Source of the DNA: Chiloscyllium plagiosum
Lineage: Eukaryota
Assembly (NCBI RefSeq): GCF_004010195.1
Contig: NC_057720.1
Coordinates: forward strand, 9,654,930-9,718,929
Reading direction: 5' to 3'
DNA: 64,000 nucleotides
The stretch's first letter is position 1. The number at the start of each line of letters is the position of its first letter. The notes under the pieces are model-generated. The model was not told the DNA's origin. It was given only the letters and a program-made list of their open reading frames with translations, and ran no database searches. Below are positions 25,055 through 37,610 of this stretch, one piece after another. Made by a program: the position numbers and the translations under genes.

Positions 25055-25660
25055 GAATCACAGAGTTATTTAGCATGGAAACAGATCTTTCAGTCCAATC
25101 AGTCCATGCCGAACATAATCCGAAACTAAACTAATCCCTGCTCTTGGCCCATATCCCTCCAAACCTTTCCCATTCATGGACTTATCCAAATGTTTTTTAA
25201 ACATTGTAACTGTATCCACATTCACCACTTCCTCTGGAACTTCACTCCACACATGAACTACCCTCTATGCAAAAAAGTTGCTCCTCATGTCTTTTTAAAA
25301 TCTCTCTCCTCTCACCTTAAAAATGTTCCACAGTCTTGAAATCCTCTACCTGAAGGAAAATCTTTGAGGAGAAAGTGAGGTCTGCAGATGCTGGAGATCA
25401 GAGATGGAAATGTGTTGCTGGAAAAACGCAGCAGGTCAGGCAGCATCTAGGGAACAGGAGAATCGACGTTTCGGGCATTAGCCTGAAGAAGGGCTAATGC
25501 CCGAAACGTCGATTCTCCTGTTCCCTAGATGCTGCCTGACCTGCTGCGTTTTTCCAGCAACACATTTCCATACCTGAAGGAAAAGACAACTACCATTAAC
25601 TTATCTTTACTCCTCATTACTTTATAAACTTCAATGAGGTTTCTTTTCAACCTCCTACCA
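25055..25660 (-). mobile_element. CR1 3' end
   Basis: WSEVPEEVVNVDTVTMFKKHLDKSM. Confidence 0.8.
25361..25570. mobile_element. Palindromic PLE-derived element (family A) with intact hammerhead core at ~25483-25514
   Basis: Essentially perfect arms; 14-bp TSD tacctgaaggaaaa (25347-25360, 25571-25584); CTGAAGA-a-gggc-taat-gccc-GAAACGTC. Confidence 0.9.
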
Positions 25661-26391
25661 GTTGTCTGTCTCCCTTTCTCTCATTAGGGAATAGCCTTAT
25701 GGTTTGATAAGACTATGGCGACTTTTATTTTAACCTGTGTTTTCCTAATACCTCAGAACCTGCCAGTGGAATTTCACAAGCCATTCATAAAATTTGGTTT
25801 CGATTCGCAGATGGAACTATCATCTATTGGATTATTGTCCATTCCTCATTGGCCAGCATTTGAACTGGCCCCCAGTTACTCAATCCCACTGTTTCCTTTT
25901 TGTAATAAAACTCAGGTATTGGTTCTGATTCACTTTCTGAGTAGACTATTCAATAAGTTCTCGCAGTCCATTTGTTGTATTTCAACTAAACAAAATAAGC
26001 TAAAACCATCAGCTTCATTCTCTTTACTTTCATTCTTCTTTCCAATTTAAGTTTTCAAAATATATGTCAGAGAATTGAATTTAGAAGTCAATTCCCTTTT
26101 AAAAGACTTACACTTTTCCTATTTAATTCTATAAGCCCAAAATCTAGTCACATTATTTATCAGGAAGGAACCCAAGCTATCTCTCTTGTAGCATCTCAAT
26201 TTACTTTGTTTTTAACATCCTCAGTGAGGCCAATAATTTTGATCAGGTCAGTCAGATCATTTCCCAAGATAAAGTCAATTCCTTCCATGGGGATTTGTTG
26301 CATTACTGTGATTACAATTTCTCTATTTACTAAATCACTCTTTAATCCAACTCTGTATAACAGAACTGGATTCTATCTGCTCTGTGTATCA

Positions 26392-26710
26392 TCATAGAAT
26401 CCTTACAGTTTGGAAACAGCCCATTCAGCCCATTAAGTCCACATTGACCACCCAGACTTAGCCCCCTACTCCATCCCTGCAACTCTGCATTTCCCATGGC
26501 TAATGCACCTAACCTGCACATCCCTGAACACTTTGGGCAATTTAGCACGGCCAATCCACCTAACCTGCACATCTTTAGACTGTGGGAGGAAACCGGAGTA
26601 ACCGGAGGAAACCAGGAGAATGTGCGAACTCCACACAGTCGGCCGAGGTTGAAATTGAACCCAGGTCCCTGGCGCTGTGAGGGAGGCTCAGCGCTAACCA
26701 CTGAGCCACT
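26392..26710 (-). mobile_element. HE1-like V-SINE
   Basis: Core and tail match other copies. Confidence 0.85.
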
Positions 26711-26764
26711 GATCCATACCACAATTATTTATTTTTCCTTCATTAACATCTCTTGCAGTCAAAT

Positions 26765-26990
26765 TGGTTTTATTAGCCAGCATCAGCAACGTACTTGTTG
26801 CAGTGTCTCACATACCTAAATAATGTTGATCTTGCTTTGTGTACCTCCTGTGCGACTGTAACCTTGTATACCTTGCACTGTCTAATCATTCTATGATTGG
26901 TATGTCCTTGTTTGCTATGATCTGCCTGTACTGTTTGCAAAACAAAGCTTTTCACTGTACTTAGGTACATGTGACAACAATAAATCAATT
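26765..26990 (+). mobile_element. Rex/Babar-type LINE 3' UTR fragment
   Basis: ttttcactgtacttaggtacatgtgacaacaataaatcaa, like the tail at 4400. Confidence 0.6.
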
Positions 26991-27514
26991 CAGCTATTGG
27001 TTAGAAGAATAAGGAAAAAGTCTCTCCTCTTGAGATAAAATATTCAGAACATCCAATAGTTTGAATTTCTTTATCATTACTCGATTAAGAACCTGCTTGA
27101 CTACACTGAGTCATCTCTCCTTTCCTAACTTTTCAAGGGACCATGCTCCATTTGAACAACTGCCAAAAGTTTTAATGCCCATTTCCAATCATGATTCATC
27201 TTTTTCTGGAGAGTTCTCAGACATTGCTATTATTGCAATCACTCTCTCTTTGAACTTCCAGCAACTGGTTTTGTTATGTCTTACAATAGAACATAGAACA
27301 TAGAACAATACAGCGCAGAACAGGCCCATCGGCCGTCGATGTTGCGTCGACCTGTGAACTATTCTCAGCTCCTCCCCCTACACTATCCCAAAATCATCCA
27401 TGTGCTTGTCTAACAATTATTTAAATCTCCCTAATGTGGCTGAGTTAAGCGGAAGCATATTATTTTCCTGTATCACTTTTTGTTTCTCAACTTCCTCTTT
27501 TATTACTTGAAAGT

Positions 27515-27850
27515 CCATCAAATCCCTATGGTGTGGAAACCCCCAGGCCATTTGGCCCATCATGTCCATACTGAACGTTCGAAGAGCACTCCACCCTACC
27601 CCTGTAACCCTGCATTTCCCATGGCTAGCTCACTTAGCTTACCATCTCTAGACACTAGGAGCAATTTGGCATGACCAATCCACCTAACCTGCACATCTAT
27701 GGACTGTGGGAGGAATCCAGAGCACAAGGAGAAAGCCCACACCACCACAGGGCGAATGTGTAAACTCCACACACACAGTCACCCGATGCTGGAATTGAAC
27801 CTGGGTCCCTGGCACTGTGAGGCAGCAGTGCTAACCATCGAGCCACCATT
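27515..27850 (-). mobile_element. HE1-like V-SINE
   Basis: Core and head match other copies. Confidence 0.85.
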
Positions 27851-28139
27851 GTTTAATTTCCTCATGAATACCTTATCACTCTTCATATTTTCTATTCCTC
27901 CAATTTCCTCACTACAACCTGTTAGATAAATTTTATGTTTGAAGTTTGTTTAGTCAAGGAATGAAACTATATCATACTACATGAGAATCACAGAATTGTT
28001 ATTGTGCAAAAGAAGGCCATTTGGCCCTTAGCGCCTACCCCATTTCTGTTATCTAGTACCAATCTCCTGCATTTTCCACATATCCCTCAAAACTATTTCT
28101 ATCCAAAGAAAAACATTCAATATCCTCTTGAATTCCTTA

Positions 28140-28630
28140 AATTCACCCTATTATAGGAAGGATATAATTAAGGATTTACCAGGATGTTGTCAGGAGTGAA
28201 CAGTTTGAAAAACAACGAGAGGCTGGATAGGCTGGGACTTTTTTTTCTTTGGAGCACAGGAAGTTGAGAGGTTTATAAAATAATCAGGGGTACAGATAAA
28301 GTGAATGGCAGGAGATTTTTCCCTAGAGTGGAGGATTTCAAGACTAAGGGGCATATTTTTAAGATGAGAGGATAAAGATTTTAAAAAGAAATAAAGGGCA
28401 ATTGCTTTTACACAGAGAGTAGTTCATGAATGGAATGAACTCTCAGAGGAAGAGGTGGATGCAGTTACAGTTACAATGTTTAAAAGACATTTGGATAGGT
28501 ACATGAATAAGAAATGTTTCAAGAGATATGGGCCAAGCACAGGCAAGGGCGATTAGTTTGGTTTGGACTTATGGTTAGCATGGATCAGTTGGACCGAAGG
28601 GTCTGTTTCTGTGTTGTATGACTCTATGGC
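28140..28630 (+). mobile_element. CR1 3' end
   Basis: tttaccaggatgttg..tggaatgaactctcagaggaagaggtgg plus tail. Confidence 0.8.
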
Positions 28631-28634
28631 TAGA

Positions 28635-30100
28635 AATAGAACATAGAACATAGAACATAGAAGAATACAGCGCAGTACAGGCCCTTCGGCCCTCGATGTT
28701 GCGCCGATCCAAGCCCACCTAACCTACACTAGCCCACTACCCTCCATATGCCTATCCAATGCCCGCTTAAATGCCCATAATGAGGGAGAGTCCACCACTG
28801 CTACTGGCAGGGCATTCCATGAACTCACGACTTGCTGAGTAAAGAACCTACCCCTAACATCTGTCCTATACCTACCCCCCCTTAATTTAAAGCTATGCCC
28901 CCTCGTAATAGCTGACTCCATACGTCGAAAAAGATTCTCACTATCGACCCTATCTAAACCCCTAATCATCTTGTACACCTCTACCAAGTCACCCCTAAAC
29001 CTTATTTTCTCCAATGAAAACANNNNNNNNNNNNNNNNNNNNNNNNNNNNNNNNNNNNNNNNNNNNNNNNNNNNNNNNNNNNNNNNNNNNNNNNNNNNNN
29101 NNNNNNNNNNNNNNNNNNNNNNNNNNNNNNNNNNNNNNNNNNNNNNNNNNNNNNNNNNNNNNNNNNNNNNNNNNNNNNNNNNNNNNNNNNNNNNNNNNNN
29201 NNNNNNNNNNNNNNNNNNNNNNNNNNNNNNNNNNNNNNNNNNNNNNNNNNNNNNNNNNNNNNNNNNNNNNNNNNNNNNNNNNNNNNNNNNNNNNNNNNNN
29301 NNNNNNNNNNNNNNNNNNNNNNNNNNNNNNNNNNNNNNNNNNNNNNNNNNNNNNNNNNNNNNNNNNNNNNNNNNNNNNNNNNNNNNNNNNNNNNNNNNNN
29401 NNNNNNNNNNNNNNNNNNNNNNNNNNNNNNNNNNNNNNNNNNNNNNNNNNNNNNNNNNNNNNNNNNNNNNNNNNNNNNNNNNNNNNNNNNNNNNNNNNNN
29501 NNNNNNNNNNNNNNNNNNNNNNNNNNNNNNNNNNNNNNNNNNNNNNNNNNNNNNNNNNNNNNNNNNNNNNNNNNNNNNNNNNNNNNNNNNNNNNNNNNNN
29601 NNNNNNNNNNNNNNNNNNNNNNNNNNNNNNNNNNNNNNNNNNNNNNNNNNNNNNNNNNNNNNNNNNNNNNNNNNNNNNNNNNNNNNNNNNNNNNNNNNNN
29701 NNNNNNNNNNNNNNNNNNNNNNNNNNNNNNNNNNNNNNNNNNNNNNNNNNNNNNNNNNNNNNNNNNNNNNNNNNNNNNNNNNNNNNNNNNNNNNNNNNNN
29801 NNNNNNNNNNNNNNNNNNNNNNNNNNNNNNNNNNNNTCCTGTCGACAACGAGGACATAAAAATCAAGGCCAATGGCTCTGCAATCTCCTCCCTTGCTTCC
29901 CAGTGAATCCTAGGATAAATGCCATCAGGCCCAGGGGACTTATCTATTTTCACCCTTTCCAGAATTTCCAACACCTCTTCTCTACATGCCTCAAAGCCAT
30001 CCATTCTACTTAATTGTGACTCAGTACTCACATTGACAACAATGTCCTGTTCCTGATTGAATACTGACGAAAAGTATTCATTCAGTATCTCCCCAATGAA
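28635..30100 (-). mobile_element. Young CR1 LINE (ORF2 RT region spanning an assembly gap)
   Basis: ILNEYFSSVF..KSPGPDGIYPR before the gap; RGDLVEVYKMIRGLDRVD..FFTQQVVSSWNAL after it; (catagaa)n tail. Confidence 0.9.
29023..29836. other. Assembly gap
   Basis: Run of N. Confidence 1.
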
Positions 30101-30829
30101 CCAGCCTCCACCACATTTCCAGACAGTGTATTCCATACTCTTAACTATTTCCTGTACCAAAAGGGTTATTCTCACATCATCCTTGCCTTATTTGCACATC
30201 TCTTTAAATCTATACCCTCTTGATCTCTTTTCTTTTACAAGCAGGAACTATTATCGAGTCTACTCATGATTTTGAAAACCTCTATCAAATCTCCTCTCAG
30301 TTTTCGTCTCTCTAAGGAAAACAGTCCTAATTTCTTTGATCTATTGTCTATTGAAACAATACCATCCCAAACATCTGAAAGAAAGATTCATCCCTTTCCC
30401 CTAAACAATACCTTAATTGATACTCAAATCTCAGTGAAGAGTTGTCCAATCTCACATTAGCTTCTTGCACAGCTGGTGAAGTTATAACAGTTTCCTTTTG
30501 GCAATTTGTGATACATTCACTCAAGGCTATTTAATTTGATTAAAGTCGTTCTTTAAACTCCTGAAAAGAAGATGCTCACTTAGCGCAGGATTGATTAACA
30601 TGGGTTCCCCAAACTCATGTCTTCAAAACTTTTGTTGGGCATCTCCCTCGCTGACACCTCTTCAGTTTTCTGCTCAAAAGGCAAGAGGTTGTAGCCGTGA
30701 GTGAGATACTGAGTAAGTAAAACAAAAATGAGAAGATTGTAACTTATTAAGAAAATGGAGAAGGCAGTGGAAACATGGGCTGGAAGCAAATCGTGCCAAA
30801 GTACGGAAAATGTGTAAAAATGGCAAACA

Positions 30830-31770
30830 TATAAGACTAAGGATATTATACACAAATGTGATTACAGCAATGTGGCTGCAGGGTGACCAAGACTGAGAAC
30901 TAATATCCAAGGTTATTTGAACTTAAGGAAAAACTGGCAAAAATGGAAAGTGATGAATTTGATTTGTTGGTAAAAGATGAAATTAGTGCAATGAGGAGAA
31001 ATGGTGTAGACACAGAAAATCTATATTTAAAATCATTCTAGCTGACACTGAGAAACAACAAGGGGTGGATATATAGAACAAAGAACAAAGAAAATTTACA
31101 GCCCAGGAACAGGCCCTTCGGCCCTCCAAGCCTGAGCCAATCCAAATGTACTGTCTAAACCTGGTGGTCAATTCTTAAGCATCTGTATCCCTCTACTCCC
31201 CACCTACTCATGCATCTGCCCAGATGCATCTTAAATGAATCTACTGTGCCTGCCTCTACTAGCTCTGCTGGCAACACATTCCAAACAGCCACCACCCTCT
31301 GTGTGAAGTACTTGCCGCATATATCCCCCTTAAACTTTCCACCTCTCACCTTGAAAACGTGACTTCTCGTGATTGAATCCTTCACCCTGGGAAAAAGCTT
31401 GTCTCTATCCATCCTGTCTATACCCTTCATGATTTTGTAAACCTCAATCAGGTCCCCCCTCAATCTCCTTTTTTCTAATGAAAACAAACCTAACCTACTC
31501 AACCTCTCTTCATAGCTAGCACCTTCCATACCAGGCAACATCCTCATAAACCTTCTCTGCACCCTCTCCAAATCTTTTGGTAATATGTGCAGGAGTTGTC
31601 TATAAGTCTCTAAACAATAGTGGTGAGGTCGGAGGTTACATTAAACATGGAATTAGAGATGCAAGCACTGACAGTGCAAAGGTAACCTTGAGTTTAATCT
31701 ATATGTAGACTTGGAAAACCACATTCGCAATAATACTGTTGTGGATGAATTGCTGGAAGATTGTTTTTTA
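30830..31770 (+). mobile_element. Decayed CR1 endonuclease region, interrupted by a younger CR1
   Basis: attacagcaatgtggctgcagggtgaccaagac resembles ITETWLQGDQD. Confidence 0.55.
31075..31572 (-). mobile_element. CR1 3' end
   Basis: ERVQRRFMRMLPGMEGASYEERLSRLGLFSLEKRRLRGDLIEVYK. Confidence 0.9.
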
Positions 31771-32115
31771 GATAACAGAAGGCTGTGGAGGCCATGTCAC
31801 TGAATACATTTTTAAAAGAAACAGATTGATTTTAGAAGATGGATTGTCATGGGGTACTGTGGGGGGAGGGGGAGATGTGGACGTATGGTGTTGAGGTTGA
31901 AGTTCTGCCATGACCATGTTGAATGGCACAGCAGGTTAAAAGGGCTGAATGGCCTATTCATGTTACAATTTCCTATATTTCTATGTTTCTGGAACTTTCT
32001 CCTTACTGACGTTTAAGGAACTCAGGACTTCTCCTTAATCCTGACTGCTTGGAGCCTGCTGATAGCATTGCCTCTGTTGTTATGATGCTGTTCTTTCAGC
32101 ATCCTTCTGGCTTCA

Positions 32116-32120
<5 letters not shown>

Positions 32121-32165
<45 letters not shown>
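32121..32165. repeat. (CT)n microsatellite
   Basis: About 22 CT units. Confidence 0.95.
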
Positions 32166-32167
<2 letters not shown>

Positions 32168-32774
32168 GGTTGTAAAGCCCAATCAGTCAGTACCTTATCA
32201 ATTATCTCCACAGGAGGCAGCTGGTCATTTAGCTGAAATCACACAAATTCTTCGGAATGCTGCTTTGAACTCAATTTTTAAAATTACTTGCTGATCTTTT
32301 AAAAACCACAGATTAGAACTTCATAGAACTGAAAAATTAAAATTTATTTTCCTCCACCTTCAAACTGAAGTTCTTAAGCAATAATAATATATTATGAAAC
32401 TTTATAACACTATGTCCCCTGGTCTTAGACTCCCCAACTAATATACCTATCTCCTTTAATATCATGACATTTTTGATCAAATTACTGTTTAACTCCCTAA
32501 ATTCCATGGTCTGGTCCCTTACATTTTTCAATTGTACCAGTAAATTTATTTTAAAATTCCTGCAAAGCCAATGTCTTTTCTCTAAACTGTTTCGACCTTT
32601 CTAAATGATGAGGTTCTCACAATTTACATATAATTACGGATTTCTTTTTGCAACCTGACTGTCCTCTTCCACTTTGTTAAGTTACATGAGTTTATGAAAT
32701 TTGATTTTATACAGTTTTCCTACAGTCTAGTTGTAAAATCCAAAAATATTTGTACTGGCAATTGGCTGACCATT

Positions 32775-33545
32775 GGCTGGGTGGCATGTTGGCTCAGGGG
32801 TTAGCACTACTGCCTGACAGTAGTAAGGACCTGCGTTCGATTCCACCTTTGGGTGGGTGTCTGTGTGGAGTTTGCACTTTCTCCTTGTGTCAATGTAGGT
32901 TTCCTCCAGGTCCTCTGGCTTCTTCCAACAGTTTAAAGGTGTGCAGGTTAGGTGGACAAAAAAGAGAAAATCACCTTTAAACATCTCCCCCCTCACCTTA
33001 AACTCTTCTCCAGATTAAACCCTTCCTGCCATTTCTCCAACTGATCTAAAACTTTTCTCTCCTTACAGATGCTAGCAGACTTGCTGAGATTTTGCAGCAT
33101 TTTTTCTTTTTTGGTTTCAGATTCCAGCATCCACAGCTTTTATGCAGGTTAGGTGGATTGGTCCATGCTTAAATTCCCCATAGTGTCCAGGGATGTGTTG
33201 GTTAGGTGGATTAGCACTGGGAAATGTAGGGTGGTGAGTTTTGAGAAGATTTGTAGCTCAGGTTGAGGTTCTGGATGTGAGTTTGCTCGCTGAGCTGGAA
33301 GGTTCATTTCCAGACGTTTCGTCACCCTACTAGGCAAAATCTTCAGTGGGCCTCCAGGCGAAGCACTGCTGCTGATTCCAGCTTTCTATTTATATGTTTG
33401 TGTTTCTTTGGGTTGGTGATATCATTTCCTGTGGTAATGTAATTTCCTGTTCTTTTTCACAGGGGGTGTTAGATGGGGTCTAACTTGATATGTTTGTTGA
33501 TAGATGGGCTGAATGGCCTGCTTCCATACTGAAGGGATTCTATGA
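32775..33545 (+). mobile_element. HE1-like SINE fragmented by CR1 and PLE insertions
   Basis: Head at 32775-32955, body resumes ~33143-33235, tail ~33503-33545. Confidence 0.65.
33237..33503 (-). mobile_element. Penelope 3' end (family D) with hammerhead motif at 33310-33349
   Basis: Minus strand cca-CTGAAGA-..-GAAACGTC-tgg; upstream INKHIKLDP matches the end of the GIY-YIG ORF at 36420. Confidence 0.8.
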
Positions 33546-34084
33546 TTTGAATTGACCAATCTAAATAACAAAGGAAAGTAGTTATTAATACTTTAGTAAT
33601 TATAGTATTGGATATTTCGAGATTTGGACAATTTTAAATCAAGAACAACTTTAGGGCTTTCATTTTAATTGCAATTCCCTGGAATCCACCAACTCTTCCA
33701 GTTTGTTTTACTTTTTATAATCACACACAAACCCATTGGATTAACTGGCCATGTTTTTAAAATTTGCTCATGGAATACTTGCGTAGCTGGCTATGTCAGT
33801 CCCTAATTGCCCTTGCAAAGAAAATGGTGAGCTGCCTTCCTGAAGCCCTGCACTCCACTTACTGGAGATATATCTATACCATCTTCATTTTTCTGAAGTG
33901 CTCTTAGATGTCAGTGATCCCATTATAGATTATTATCAAACTGCCATCTCATTCATGCCCAAGTCATTTTTTAGAAGGAATACTGCAATTCTAGTTCACT
34001 TCTTTTGGAGGTTCAGTACCTACAGTACAGGTTTTGTGAATCTAGACAATGGATAGGTTTACCTTAGGCATCGTCAAAGGAAAG

Positions 34085-34805
34085 TTGATGTATAGAGAGA
34101 TCCGGGTGTTCAAATCCAATGTTCCCTGAAGGTGGTAACGCAAGTCAATAGAGTGGTTAAGAAGGCATATAGCATGCTTTCCTTCATCAGACGGGGTACT
34201 GAATACAAGAGTTGGCTTGTAAACACATGTTATAGTTTATAGCACTTTGGTTCGGCCACGTTTGGAATACTGCGGACAGTTCTGGTCGCCACATTACCAA
34301 AAGGATTTGGATGCTTTGGAGAGGGTGCAGAGGACGTTCACCAGGATGGTGCCTGGTATGGAGGGTGCTAGATATGAAGTGAGGCTGAGTAGACTAGGAT
34401 TATTTTCATTAGAAAGACAGAGGTTGAGGGGGGACCTGATTGAGGTCTACTAAATCATGAGAGATATAAACAGGGTGGATCGCAAGAAGCTTTTTCCCAG
34501 AGTGGGGGACTCCATTACTAAGGGTCACGGGTTCAAGGTGAGAGGGGAAAAGTTTAATGGAGATATGCATGAAAAGTTCTTTACACAGAGGTTGGTGGGT
34601 GTCTGGAACATGTTGCCAGTGGAAGTGGTGGAGGTGGGCACAAGAGTGTCATTTAAGATGTATCTAGACAGATACATGAATGGGCAGGGAGCAGGGGGTT
34701 ACAGATCCTTTTAAATATGTGAAAGGGTTAAATAAAGGATCTGGATCGGTGCAGGCTTAGAGGGCCAAAGGGCCTGTTCCTGTGCTGTAATTTTTTTGTT
34801 CTTTG
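34085..34805 (+). mobile_element. CR1 3' end
   Basis: VRPRLEYCGQFWSPHYQKD..ERVQRTFTRM. Confidence 0.9.
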
Positions 34806-35119
34806 CTTGTTGTTGAAATTCATCAAGGAAGTAACAACTTCCTGCATTGATACGTTAGACACTCAATAACTTGATTGACAATAAGATGTGGAATGTCAGC
34901 TATAAAATCTCAAAAGTGAAGCTAGAATTCAATAAAAACGTGAGGATGAATATCATGATACTTTGGATGTGTCCCTTTCATGGAGGGATTTTCTCCATAA
35001 GGGCCAACACATTTTCTCACACTTTCATTTAATACACAACTCATTAACCTCCTACCACTCACTTGTTGTGTCTCTCTAGTCTGCTAATTCTACCACTCCC
35101 CAGAGCCAGAAAGACATGC

Positions 35120-36740
35120 CGCGTGCTGGGACCTCTGTTGTTTGTAATTTATATAAATGATTTGGATAAAGATGTCGATGGTTTACTTCATAAGTTTGCA
35201 GATGGCATGCAAATTGGTCAAGTTGTAGATGGAGAGGAAGGTTATCAGAAGACATAGCAAGTTTTAGATCAGTTGGAGAAATGGCAGGAAGGGTTTAATC
35301 TGGAGAAGAGTAAGATGACACATTTTGGGAGGTCACATGCAAGTGGAAAATATACTGTACGTGGCAGGGCCTTTTGGAGCAGGGATACACAGAGGGATGC
35401 AAGTCCATAGCTCCCTGAAAGTGGTAACACACGTAGATTAGGTGGTAAATAAGGTATATGGCATGCTTGCCTTCATTGGTCAGGGCATTGAGTATAAAAG
35501 TTGATCAATCATATTGCAGCTGCACAAAACTTTTGTTAAGCCACATTTGGAATATTGTGTGCAGTTCTGGAAGGATGTGGAGACTTTGGAAAGGCTGTAA
35601 AAGAGGTTCATCAGGATTTTGCCTGGATTGGAGTGTACCAGTTCAGAGGAGAGGTTGGAGAAACGTGGATTGTTTTCAGTGGAGTGTCGGAGGCTGAGGA
35701 GTGACCCGATGGACGCATATAAAATTATGAGAGGCATGGATATGGCAGAAGGTCAGATAGTCAGGGTGGAAATGTTATATACTAGGGGTCACAGGTTTAA
35801 GGTGAGGGGGGAGATGTTTAAAGGGGATGTGTGAGGCAAGCTGTTTTTACACAGAGGATGATAGGTGCCTGGAAAGCACTGCTAGGGGAGTGATAGAAGC
35901 AGATACAAGAGCAACGATTAAGGGGCATTTAGACAGGCACATGAACAGAGAGAGAATGAACACAATCCGCCAATTCTTAAACAACAAACCCAAACGAGTA
36001 GTCACAACACACCCAGAAACCCTAGCCACACAATCACAAATCAAAGATATCTCGGAAATGACTGCCAGACTACTCTGACCTCTCGGCATCATGGTAGCCC
36101 ACAAACCTACTAACACATTGAAACAGCTACTGATGAACCAAAAGGACCCTGTACCAACAGCCAGCAAAATGAATGTTGTTTACAAAATACCCTGCATGGA
36201 CTGGAACAAACACTACATAGGACAGACAGGCGGAAAACTAGCCACCAGGATACACAAGCACCAACTATGCACCAAAAGAGATGATCCAGTCTCACTACTA
36301 TCCTTACATACGGGTGAAGAAGGACACCACTTTGACTGGGACAACACATCCATTCGAGAACAGGCTAAACAGAGACATGCACGAGAATTCGTAGAGACCT
36401 GGCATTCAAACCAGAACTCCATCAATAAACACATTGATTTGGACCCCATTTACCAACCTCAGAGAAAAAGAACTGGAAATGATATCACCCACCTTAACAG
36501 ACCAAGACACATAAACAGAAAGCAGGATAGAACACCAGCGCTTCACCAGAGGCTCACTGATGATGTTCCCTAGCACGGTGCTGAAACATCTGAAAACAAA
36601 CCTTCCAGCTCAGCGAGCTAACTTACAACCAGAGAATAGAGGGGTCTGGAACATGTGCAGGCAAATGCGTTTAGAATGGTTGGCACAGACATGATGGGGG
36701 CCGTAAAGGCTGTTTCTGTGCTGCACTGTTCTGTGTTCTA
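35120..36740 (+). mobile_element. CR1 RT 3' part, interrupted by Penelope
   Basis: VLGPLLFVIYINDLD..KFAD. Confidence 0.85.
35958..36630 (+). mobile_element. 5'-truncated Penelope-like element with GIY-YIG endonuclease remnant and hammerhead motif (36554-36593)
   Basis: NVVYKIPCMDWNKHYIGQTG..RIHKH..GHHFDWDN..REFVETWHS; TSD agagaat (35951-35957, 36631-36637); tca-CTGATGA..GAAAcatc-tga. Confidence 0.9.
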
Positions 36741-37351
36741 TATCCCAGAATATCCCACCATCACTGTCATTTTATCATTGGCACAGAGGAAGATGGTTGT
36801 CATTATTAGAGCCCAGTCATCTCAGTGTTTACCCAAAGAGAGAACTGCCCGTAAAGAATGATTTCCCTGACCCGGAGGCAAAGAGTAAATAGTTGTGAAT
36901 GAACTGTAATTTGTCGTGCAAACAACTCAATTTGCAGGTGAGACTTACTCAGAAGACTGTATATGTCAGACTCAAAGGGCACCATACCTTGGGGAGTAAA
37001 TTCCTGCAGATGCTGGTATCCGTACTAAAAACAACAAATGCTGGAGATCAAAGCTTGAGTGCAGGCTCCAGTCACAGCTCACACAACACAAAGGACACCT
37101 TCCAAACCTTACTTCTCAGCATGAGGAGACTGGAGAAGCTAAGAATTTATAAAAATAAAAGCTTGTATCTGAACAAGATTTCTCTCAGTATGTGCCAAAC
37201 CTCTTCACCACTCAGAGTGAGAAACCAGTAAAGAAAACAGTAAAATAGGGGAATCAACTCAGAATTCGAATTAGGCTTATTGTCACATATACTCAAGGAG
37301 TACAGTGAAGTGTATACAATGTCACTACACAGGGCACCATCTTAGGTACAA

Positions 37352-37610
37352 CAGCACCAGGGTCCCAGGTTCAATTCCAGCCTCGGGCAAATGTCTACGT
37401 GGAGTTTGCACGTTCTCCCCGTGTCTGCATGGGTTTCCTCCGGGTGCTCCGGTTTCCTCCCACAGTCCAAAGATGTCCATGTCAGGTGAATTGGCCATGC
37501 TAAATTACCCGCAGTGTTAGGTGCATTAGTCAGTGGTAATGTAGGGGAATGGGTCTGGGTGGATTACTCTTCGGACTTGTTGGGCCAAAGGGCCTGTTTC
37601 CACACTGTAA
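37352..37610 (+). mobile_element. HE1-like V-SINE nested in the VNTR retroposon
   Basis: cagcaccagggtcccaggttcaattcc..gtggagtttgcacg. Confidence 0.85.

Larger units (their letters stand above)
23120..27985 (-). mobile_element. Fragmented Gmr1-like Ty3/Gypsy LTR retrotransposon internal region (gag-PR-IN-RT)
   Basis: Minus-strand hand translations: HNKTSCWK (~27270); LYRVGLKSDLVNREIVITVMQQIPMEGIDFILGNDL (26360-26253); IVPSANRNQIL*MACEIPLAG (~25820-25760); PMAAFKEPFNIILMDGVE..NQYFLT (~24565-24470); KEIQLDQGSKF..HQTFKTMIKA (~24250-24105); IIELNHSSWSSP..DGSQ...DYCKVNMVTKMD (~23445-23328). Confidence 0.8.

Noticed and set aside
25757..25915. 159-bp open phase-0 exon candidate on +
   Set aside because: It is the antisense of the integrase Zn-binding region; there is no independent support.
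28724..30175. Long ORFs (483, 311, 281 aa) and similar ones at 43.3-43.9 kb and 57.0-57.7 kb
   Set aside because: Their length comes from N runs; the called parts are CR1 or PLE sequence.
30595..30708. Possible terminal coding exon on - (YLTHGYNLLPFEQ...LGNPC*)
   Set aside because: Peptide not recognised, no partner exons, and the pyrimidine tract derives from A-rich sequence next to a CR1.
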